Assembly: GCA_938023415.1 (NCBI GenBank)
Contig: CALHEE010000007.1
Span: forward strand, 1 to 41,876
Direction of reading: 5' to 3'
DNA from: Minisyncoccota bacterium
GTDB lineage: Bacteria; Patescibacteriota; Minisyncoccia; Minisyncoccales; GBS-2
Length of the DNA stretch: 41,876 bases
Shown here: in pieces, positions 34,794 to 41,876 of the stretch
How the letters are laid out: every line of letters starts with the position of its first letter
How positions within the stretch are numbered: the stretch's first letter is position 1
Position numbers and translations under genes: made by a program
The notes under the pieces: model-generated
Databases searched by the model: none
The model's input: the letters and a program-made list of their open reading frames with translations, nothing else
Told to the model about the DNA's origin: nothing

Positions 34794-36410
34794 ATGATTG
34801 AAGAAAAAATAATTAGGGAATTGACTAAAGAAAAACTTAAAAATCAGAGTGATTTAGATTCTTTTAAAAGAAAAATTGCCAAAAAATATAAAATTCCTTG
34901 CCCAAGCAACACCTGGCTTTTTAAAGCTTATCACAAATTGATAAAAGAAAAAAGGATAAAAAGAAAACAGAAAATAGAAGAATTATTGAAAACTAGACCT
35001 GTAAGATCTCTTTCTGGAATTGTCAATATTACTGTCTTAACAAAACCTTATCCTTGTCCAGGCCAATGCATTTTTTGTCCTTTAGAAAAGGAAATTCCAA
35101 AGAGTTATTTATCGGGAGAACCAGCGGTCGAGCGGGCAAAAAATTTAAAATACCACCCTTATCTCCAAACTAAAAAAAGAATTGAGGTCTTAAAAGAAGA
35201 AGGTCATCCTACCGACAAAATTGAATTAAGGATTGTAGGGGGAACATTTAGTTTTTATCCCCTCAAATATCGTCTCTGGTTCATTAAGGAATGTTTCCGA
35301 GCTGCCAACACCTCAAAAATGTCGCACATTAAAAAGCCATGGCAAAATAATGTGCAACAATTGTGGGAGGAATTAGTTAGTGAGCAGAAAAAAAATGAAA
35401 AGGGAAAAAATAGAATCGTAGGAATTTCGATTGAGACGAGGCCAGATTTTATAAATGAGGAGGAAATTAAAATCTTGAGAAAGCTGGGGGTGACGATGGT
35501 TGAAATGGGAGTGCAAACAATTTTTGATGATATTTTAGAGAAAAATAAAACAAATTTGACTCAAGAAAAAATTGCTCGGGCAACAAAATTATTAAAAGAC
35601 GCTGGCTTTAAAGTTTTGTATCATTTAATGCTCAATTTGCCAGGCTCTGATTTAAAAAAAGATTTTGAGTGTTTCAAGATTATTTTTTCTGATGAAAGAT
35701 TTAAACCAGATTGGATAAAAATTTATCCAGTGGCAGTAACAAAAGAAAGTCAACTCTTTAGAATGTGGCAAAAAGGAAAATATCAACCATATCCTGACAA
35801 AACACTCATTGAGCTTTTAATTAATATCAAAAAAATTCTCCCTTATTGGGTAAGGGTGGCAAGAATTTTAAGAGATATTCCAGCTCAAAAAATTGAGGCA
35901 GGTTGTAAAATTTCAAATTTGAGAGAAGTGGTAAAAAAGGAAATGGAAAAGAGAAATTTAAGGTGCAAATGTATTAGATGTCGAGAAATTAGAGAGAGAT
36001 ACAATCGAAAAGAGAAGATCTATTTATTCAGAGAAGATTACGAAGCTTCCGGTGGAAGCGAGATATTTTTGAGCCTTGAAAACAAAAATAGAACCAAATT
36101 ATACAGCTTCTTAAGATTAAGAGTCCCAAAAATCTCAGAGGAGAAATCTTCGGCAATTTTTCCGATCTTAGAAAACTCAGCAATAATTAGAGAAATTCAA
36201 ACTTTTGGCGAGCAGGTTCCAATTGCTCAAAGAAAATTAGCTCCCCAACATCGAGGTTTAGGAAAAAAATTGATAAAGGAAGCGGAAAAAATAAGTAAGA
36301 AGGAATTTGGATTAAATAAAATCGCAGTAATTTCAGGAATAGGAGCGAGGGAATATTTCCGAAAATTTGGATATAAATTGAAAGAAACTTATATGGTTAA
36401 ATTGCTTTAA
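34794..36410 (+). CDS. elp3: Elp3 tRNA wobble-uridine carboxymethyltransferase (radical SAM plus KAT)
   Basis: RSLSG, CPGQCIFCP, PKSY..GEP, GGTF, ETRPD, KIYP, RILRDIP, CIRCRE, QHRGLG, ISGIGAREY. Confidence 0.93.
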   Translation: MIEEKIIRELTKEKLKNQSDLDSFKRKIAKKYKIPCPSNTWLFKAYHKLIKEKRIKRKQKIEELLKTRPVRSLSGIVNITVLTKPYPCPGQCIFCPLEKEIPKSYLSGEPAVERAKNLKYHPYLQTKKRIEVLKEEGHPTDKIELRIVGGTFSFYPLKYRLWFIKECFRAANTSKMSHIKKPWQNNVQQLWEELVSEQKKNEKGKNRIVGISIETRPDFINEEEIKILRKLGVTMVEMGVQTIFDDILEKNKTNLTQEKIARATKLLKDAGFKVLYHLMLNLPGSDLKKDFECFKIIFSDERFKPDWIKIYPVAVTKESQLFRMWQKGKYQPYPDKTLIELLINIKKILPYWVRVARILRDIPAQKIEAGCKISNLREVVKKEMEKRNLRCKCIRCREIRERYNRKEKIYLFREDYEASGGSEIFLSLENKNRTKLYSFLRLRVPKISEEKSSAIFPILENSAIIREIQTFGEQVPIAQRKLAPQHRGLGKKLIKEAEKISKKEFGLNKIAVISGIGAREYFRKFGYKLKETYMVKLL

Positions 36411-36526
36411 AAAATCTGCCTGATTTTTGGAAATTTCAAACCATCAGTCAGATAATATGTTGGAAAAAATTTCTCCCTTGCCAAAATTCCTCCGCAAATT
36501 CATCCAAAAGAAAGATCTACTTTTGG

Positions 36527-36610
36527 CTCTTTCAATCCTGGAGCTTGCCCAATATCATAACTTTGGCATTGCTTGGCCCTTCCCCAGCTACTGCTTTTTC
36601 TCAGTTTTTT
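36527..36610 (-). pseudogene. Frameshifted N-terminal remnant of a family-4 uracil-DNA glycosylase
   Basis: KAVAGEGPSNAKVMIL, then after a 1-nt shift GQAPGLKE; no continuation. Confidence 0.65.
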
Positions 36611-36681
36611 CCCATTTTTGCTACTATAATATAATAAACCTCAAGGTCGAAAATAAAAGCTGTTAAGATTCAAAAAATTTT

Positions 36682-37446
36682 ATGTGGTATCTGTTCTTAT
36701 TTTATTTAATTGTTGCCATTGTCATTTTGGGCTTTGCTGGATTGAGAATTGTCAATCAATATGAAAGAGGAGTGGTTCTCACTTTGGGAAAATATACTGG
36801 TACCTATTCTCCTGGACTTCATTGGATTTTTCCCGGTATTCAAACAATGATTAAGGTCGACATGAGAATTGTAGCAGTTGATGTTCCCAGACAAGAGGCG
36901 ATTACTAAAGACAATGTACCAGTGGGAGTGAATGCAGTGGTGTATTTTAAGGTCGAAAGGGCAGAAGATGCCGTTTTGAAAGTGAATAACTATCACTACG
37001 CAGTTTCCCAATATGCCTTAGCTGCCTTGAGAGATATTATTGGTGGAGTAGAACTTGATACTTTATTAGCCGAAAGAGAGAGGATCGCTTCAGAAATCAA
37101 AAAAGTGGTTGATATAGAAACAGAGGCTTGGGGAATTGATGTCACGGCCATAAAAATGCAAGATATCGAATTGCCGGCAGCAATGAAAAGAGCAATGGCT
37201 GCCCAAGCAGAATCAGAAAGAGCAAAAAGGGCGATTATTATCAAATCAGAAGGAGAAATTAAAGCGGCAGAGAATCTTAAAATAGCCGCCCAAATTTTGG
37301 GTGAGGTGCCTGGTGGTCTTTCTTTAAGAACATTAGAAACAATTGAAAAGATTCAACCTGATCCATCAAAGACAGTGATCTTTGCCTTACCGGTGGAAAT
37401 TTTTGAGGGAATAAAAACCCTCGCGACAAGAAAAAGAGAGTGGTGA
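36682..37446 (+). CDS. SPFH/stomatin (slipin) family protein
   Basis: YERGVV, VDMR, QEAITKDNV, WGIDV, MAAQAESER. Confidence 0.93.
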   Translation: MWYLFLFYLIVAIVILGFAGLRIVNQYERGVVLTLGKYTGTYSPGLHWIFPGIQTMIKVDMRIVAVDVPRQEAITKDNVPVGVNAVVYFKVERAEDAVLKVNNYHYAVSQYALAALRDIIGGVELDTLLAERERIASEIKKVVDIETEAWGIDVTAIKMQDIELPAAMKRAMAAQAESERAKRAIIIKSEGEIKAAENLKIAAQILGEVPGGLSLRTLETIEKIQPDPSKTVIFALPVEIFEGIKTLATRKREW

Positions 37447-37449
37447 AGG

Positions 37450-38241
37450 TTACCTAATTTCTTTTAAAAATTCCTCAGCTAACTTTGCAGTTTGGGCTGT
37501 GCTTTGATAAAAAGCCTTCCAGACGACTACAATGTCGACACCGTTGAAAATTGCGCGTTGAACTTCTTGAATGGTATCACCCCCAGCTATTGCCACCATA
37601 CTATCGAATTCGTTCTTAATTCGGGCAATTTCATGGTAGGGAATTTCCGATTGTGGGTTAAAGGATTCTTCATCTACTCCCCGATGTAAAATCACTACTT
37701 CTGGAGGTTTTTTTAATTTTCTCAATATTGCTAAGGGATATTCAACATTCATCATATCAATCATGGCATCAATTTTTTGTTTTTCGCACTCTTTAATAAA
37801 GGCATCTATCGTCTCAATGGGTGCTTGTCCTAAAACAACAGCTGCACTGGCTCCTCCTTTTTTAGCGAGAGCCACTTCTGTTGCCCCCCTATCCATGCAC
37901 TTTAAATCGGCCACGATATAGGGAGTAAAGGATCTTTCTTTCTGTAAGATTTCATTTGTTGTACTCTCAGTTTTTGAACCTGAAGTTTTTAACAAAAATT
38001 TTAGCAAACTCATTTCTGGGACTTTTTCTGAACTCTCAAAAGAATAACCGAAAGTTCTCATTTGCCACCAATAACTAATTTTTTTAATTGCCTCCAAACC
38101 GTAGCTTTTAATCAGAGGTGTGCCTACTTCAATAATGATTCTCTCATCTAAGGGAATTTGGTAAATAATTTCCCTCGCTTCTTCCAGGGTATTGTTTAAG
38201 GCAATCTGCAGATATTTTTGTTTTTTGTTTAGCATTCCCAT
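37450..38241 (-). CDS. 3-hexulose-6-phosphate synthase-like protein (OMPDC/HUMPS family) with an insertion
   Basis: YLQIAL, IEVGTPLIK.YG, ADLKCMD, IDMMNV, LHRGVDEE, AIAGG. Confidence 0.8.
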   Translation of the reverse strand: MGMLNKKQKYLQIALNNTLEEAREIIYQIPLDERIIIEVGTPLIKSYGLEAIKKISYWWQMRTFGYSFESSEKVPEMSLLKFLLKTSGSKTESTTNEILQKERSFTPYIVADLKCMDRGATEVALAKKGGASAAVVLGQAPIETIDAFIKECEKQKIDAMIDMMNVEYPLAILRKLKKPPEVVILHRGVDEESFNPQSEIPYHEIARIKNEFDSMVAIAGGDTIQEVQRAIFNGVDIVVVWKAFYQSTAQTAKLAEEFLKEIR

Positions 38242-38246
38242 TTATT

Positions 38247-39098
38247 TTAACGCATCAAAAAAGCAAAAAGCAAATAACCTCCAATAGAAAATGAGGCAAT
38301 GAGTGGTAGGGCAGGGATGGGCTTTCTGGGTGTTTGTCTGAGTAATAAATAAAAATTGGCCAAGAGACCAAAGAGGGCAAAAAAGACGACGATTAATGAA
38401 GCGAAAATTCCCTTTGACAAAAGAGAGACAGAAAACAAAAGAGGAAAAGCGACATCCCCTCCACCCAGAATCAAAAATTTTCCACCAGGTGCGATTTTTG
38501 CTAAGCTTTCTTTAAAACCAAAAACATCGGAAGGCACAATCAAACCAAAAATCACTCTTTGTTCTATCATTTCTTGAGCCATTTTCACCATATGTTTTGT
38601 TTTATAAACAGCGATAAAATCATAAATTGATAATAAGATCAAAAGCAAAACTATCACTTCTGGCTTCATTTGAAGGCCCAAAATTATCGAAATGCCAACA
38701 ATCCCAAAAATCATTAAAAGATTTTGGTTAAAAACGGATGGTTTTTTAATCCACCAAAAAAGCAAAAGAGAAATTAAAAATAAGGGAATAGGTTCTGGAA
38801 ACCAAATTTCAAAAAAAATCATTCCGGCAAAAAAAGAAATAAGCACAAAGAGGAATTTGTAAAGTTTCCCCTTAACCTTTTTTGACTTCAAAAACCTAAT
38901 GAGCAAAAAAATAAAAAGGGAAGCTAGGGCAAAATGAAAAATAAACTGAGGCAAAGAGAGAGGGTAAATTTCAATGCCTTGAAGGGCTGAAGTTTTTCTC
39001 ACTCTTTCTCCAGAAAGAATACCCAAAATTAAAGCGGAAAAAAACAGTATTCCTCCGATGATAAAAAAATTCAAAAATTCTTTATTTTTGAGATTCAT
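38247..39098 (-). CDS. Presenilin-like (A22) intramembrane aspartyl protease
   Basis: YDFIAVYKTKHM, LGGGD, PALP; multiple TM. Confidence 0.92.
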   Translation of the reverse strand: MNLKNKEFLNFFIIGGILFFSALILGILSGERVRKTSALQGIEIYPLSLPQFIFHFALASLFIFLLIRFLKSKKVKGKLYKFLFVLISFFAGMIFFEIWFPEPIPLFLISLLLFWWIKKPSVFNQNLLMIFGIVGISIILGLQMKPEVIVLLLILLSIYDFIAVYKTKHMVKMAQEMIEQRVIFGLIVPSDVFGFKESLAKIAPGGKFLILGGGDVAFPLLFSVSLLSKGIFASLIVVFFALFGLLANFYLLLRQTPRKPIPALPLIASFSIGGYLLFAFLMR

Positions 39099-39282
39099 CC
39101 AATTTCAAAATTTCCTCAATTGGGTAGTGAGGGGCAATTTTCAAAATCTTTTCTATAATTTTTTCTTTCTCTTCCTTGGTTGTTGCGGATAAATACTTAG
39201 CCTTCAATTTTTTGATCTTTTTTCTTCTGTTTCTCTTTTTCTTAATTTCAAATTGCCTTCTTTTTGGAGAAATTTTGCCCAT
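39082..39282 (-). CDS. Small basic helical protein (DUF6800-like)
   Basis: RQ.EI...R.RRKK..KL..EKI..IAP; fits operon spacing. Confidence 0.65.
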   Translation of the reverse strand: MGKISPKRRQFEIKKKRNRRKKIKKLKAKYLSATTKEEKEKIIEKILKIAPHYPIEEILKLDESQK

Positions 39283-39287
39283 AATTT

Positions 39288-40442
39288 CTATTGAAGATTT
39301 TTAATTAAATCTTTGGTCTTATCAGTTTTTTCCCAACTAAATTCGGGTTCTTCCCTTCCGAAATGACCATAACAGGCTGTCTTTCGATAAATCGGCCTTA
39401 AAAGGTTCAATTGTCTAATTATCCCACCAGGACTTAAATCAAAAATTTTTGGAATTATTTTAATTATTTTTTCTTCTGAAACTTTTCCTGTTTCAAAAGT
39501 ATCGATGCTTAATTCTGTAGGTTTTGAGCCCCCAATTACATAAGAAATTCTTACCAAGCATTTCTCAGCTAGACCAGCAGCGACAATGTTTTTGGCAATA
39601 TAACGGGCCATGTAAGCTCCCGCTCTATCAACCTTAGTCGGATCTTTTCCAGAAAAAGAACCTCCGCCTACGGGAATAATTGGACCATAAGAATCCACCA
39701 CTGTCTTCCTTCCAGTCATTCCCGTATCAGAAATTGGCCCTCCAATGACGAATCTTCCAGTATTGTTTATATAAAATTTTGTTTTCTTGTCCAAAAAATC
39801 TTTACAGACAGGTTCAATCACTACCTTTTTAATGTCCTCTCTTAATTTGTTTATCGAAACCTCAGGGTCATGCTGGGCAGCAATTATGACGCTATCTAGT
39901 CTTTTAGCCTTTCCTCTTTCATATTCTAAGGTAACTTGCGCTTTCCCATCTGGCCTTAAATAATTCAATAACTTTTTTTCTCTTACCTCAGCTAATCTTC
40001 TTACTAATCTATGGGCTAATACAATGGGAAGGGGCATTAATTCTTTTGTTTCGGTGCAGGCATAGCCTATACTCGAACCCTGATCTCCTGCTCCTTGCCT
40101 TTTTGTCCCCGTCTTTCTTACCCCTCTGGAAATATCTGGGGATTGTTCAGAAATAGTATTCAAAACTGCTACTGTTCGCCAATCAAAACCATATTCTGGC
40201 TTTTCATAACCAATCTCTTTGATGGTTTCTCTTACTAAACTGTTGATGTCCACCCAGGCCTTAGTGGTAATTTCCCCTCCGACAATCACATAACCTTTGC
40301 TGACAAAAACTTCGCAAGCTACCCTTGCGTATTTGTCTTCCTTTAAAATGGCATCTAAAATTGTGTCAGCAATCTGGTCCGCTATTTTATCGGGGTGGCC
40401 AGGACAAACCGATTCTGAAGTTAAAAAATAATTTTTTTTCAT
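39288..40442 (-). CDS. metK: S-adenosylmethionine synthetase
   Basis: TSESV..GHPDK, GAGDQG, RPDGK.QV, GGGSFSGKDPTKVDR, YGHFGR. Confidence 0.97.
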   Translation of the reverse strand: MKKNYFLTSESVCPGHPDKIADQIADTILDAILKEDKYARVACEVFVSKGYVIVGGEITTKAWVDINSLVRETIKEIGYEKPEYGFDWRTVAVLNTISEQSPDISRGVRKTGTKRQGAGDQGSSIGYACTETKELMPLPIVLAHRLVRRLAEVREKKLLNYLRPDGKAQVTLEYERGKAKRLDSVIIAAQHDPEVSINKLREDIKKVVIEPVCKDFLDKKTKFYINNTGRFVIGGPISDTGMTGRKTVVDSYGPIIPVGGGSFSGKDPTKVDRAGAYMARYIAKNIVAAGLAEKCLVRISYVIGGSKPTELSIDTFETGKVSEEKIIKIIPKIFDLSPGGIIRQLNLLRPIYRKTACYGHFGREEPEFSWEKTDKTKDLIKNLQ

Positions 40443-41569
40443 ATTCTAATTTTTATTAATCTTTTTTGAGCTTCAACCTTTTCTTTGTTTGAAATTTTTG
40501 CCTTTTTAACTGCCATTTCTAAAATTCTTATTGTCCGATCATAATTTTCTCTGTCAACTGGATAAGGAACTTTATCTTTTCCTCCGTGGGCAAAAGAATA
40601 TCTAGCGGGGTCTTCAAAAGAAGGTTTAGCTCCGTAAATGATTTCTGAAACTAAGCTTAAGGCTCTGATTGTCTTTGGGCCTACTCCCTCTATCATTATT
40701 AAATTTTCAAAATTTTCTGGTTTTAAAAAATGGGCTTTTTCAATTGTCTTTTTTAGTCTTTTGAAGTCAAAATGTTCCCTTAAAACAGGATGCCAATAAA
40801 ATTCCCTCTCTTCTAATTCTATCTCACAAAATCCTGGTAATCTTTTTTGCTTCATTAAAGAATCTTTTTTTCCAAAAATTAATCTATAATCTCTTAAAAA
40901 AGTTTTTGGTTCTTCTTTCACTAACTCTAACGAAATTTTTTTATTTTCCTCGCTTTCCTTAGCCACCAAATTCAAAACCTTTGTCTTAAAATCAGAAATA
41001 ATCCCAGAATGGGGTTCTCTGGTGAAATCTTTGACATTTTGAGAAAACCAATGATATCTCCTTGCCCTTTGAAAGGTAGCATTCATTCCCTGCTGGACAA
41101 CAGCCCAAGATCCAGACTTTGTGAAAATGAAATTGTGATGGTATAAGGTAAAACCATCTTGGACTAAAGCCGAATCTACCTTGGCCACAATTTTTGAAGC
41201 ATAAATTAAATTTGGAGCAAATTCAAAACCTCTAGAAATTCCATAGGCCATAATTTCTTCCGGCGTTTTTTTTGACTCTCTTTTTCCGCCACAAACATAA
41301 ATTCCCAATTGATCTTGAATGTCAAAAAGTCCTGCTTTTAAAGCACCCAAAGTAGTCACCCCCAAACCTGAAGAATTCCAATCAAAACCCAAAACACAAC
41401 CTAAACTTTGAAACCAAATTGGATCAGAAAGTCGTCTCAAAAACTCCTCCGGACCAAACTCTTCAACGATGGCCACGGTAATCGCTCGACCCAACCTCCT
41501 CATTCTTTCAAAAAGCCATCTTGGGCATTTCCCATAATCTAAAGGAATGGTGGCAATTCCAGTTCTCAT
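40439..41569 (-). CDS. DUF763 family protein
   Basis: DPIWFQ.LG...G.DW.SSG, VAKVD...VQDG..LYHH, VVQQGM, GVGPKTIRAL, AHGGKD..PYPV. Confidence 0.9.
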   Translation of the reverse strand: MRTGIATIPLDYGKCPRWLFERMRRLGRAITVAIVEEFGPEEFLRRLSDPIWFQSLGCVLGFDWNSSGLGVTTLGALKAGLFDIQDQLGIYVCGGKRESKKTPEEIMAYGISRGFEFAPNLIYASKIVAKVDSALVQDGFTLYHHNFIFTKSGSWAVVQQGMNATFQRARRYHWFSQNVKDFTREPHSGIISDFKTKVLNLVAKESEENKKISLELVKEEPKTFLRDYRLIFGKKDSLMKQKRLPGFCEIELEEREFYWHPVLREHFDFKRLKKTIEKAHFLKPENFENLIMIEGVGPKTIRALSLVSEIIYGAKPSFEDPARYSFAHGGKDKVPYPVDRENYDRTIRILEMAVKKAKISNKEKVEAQKRLIKIRI

Positions 41570-41582
41570 TTTTTTAATTAAA

Positions 41583-41876
41583 TTATTTGCTGCGAGAGAC
41601 CCGAATCAAACCTGAACAAGGAATAATTTCAATTCCTCTTTTTTCCAACTCATCTAAAAATAAATTCATGCCTAAAGAATCTGAAGGAGTGTGGCCAGCA
41701 ACAATGACATTAAGGTGAGCTTCTCTTGCTTGCTTCCAGTGCTCTTCAGATTGATGCATGGAAACTATAGTTCCAATTCCGGCAATGGCTAATTTTTCAT
41801 AAATTTTTGGCGAACCTTCTGTTCCCCCTGTCACTTCAGTTAAGGCAATTTTTCCGCATCTGTTTTCTGGCGAGCC
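41583..41876 (-). CDS. NIF3-like protein, C-terminal part (start beyond window)
   Basis: TGGTEG, GIGTIVSMH, NVIVAGH..SDSLGMN. Confidence 0.75.
   Translation of the reverse strand, partial: GSPENRCGKIALTEVTGGTEGSPKIYEKLAIAGIGTIVSMHQSEEHWKQAREAHLNVIVAGHTPSDSLGMNLFLDELEKRGIEIIPCSGLIRVSRSK

Noticed and set aside
36427-36666. 79-aa plus-strand ORF
   Set aside because: TTG start, no motifs; overlaps the UDG relic and the SPFH promoter region

Overview
AT-rich, densely coded bacterial window, mostly on the minus strand and using the standard code (TAA, TAG and TGA all end genes). Gene families and style suggest a Patescibacteria/CPR (Parcubacteria-like) anaerobe with many archaeal-type genes; this assignment is inference. 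Main findings: (1) a SipW-dependent TasA-like fibre locus (7.8-13.7 kb) whose four subunits read as tip, two shafts and a membrane anchor, behind a structured leader and a separate cloverleaf RNA; (2) a radical SAM/SPASM enzyme with an MftB-like N-terminus, next to two membrane proteins sharing a KGKIxKIxFxKNPNxS leader (candidate membrane-anchored RiPP-like system); (3) Elp3 head-to-head with a Trm9/ALKBH8-like methyltransferase, followed by tRNA-Arg(CCG) and an unassigned ~130-nt ncRNA; (4) a leader-peptide terminator/antiterminator upstream of greA; (5) a recurrent AAGGTCG 5'-UTR motif; (6) two pseudogenes and three ORFs missing from the ORF track. No CRISPR array, rRNA, transposase or integrase was seen. 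Family calls come from motif recognition, not database searches.
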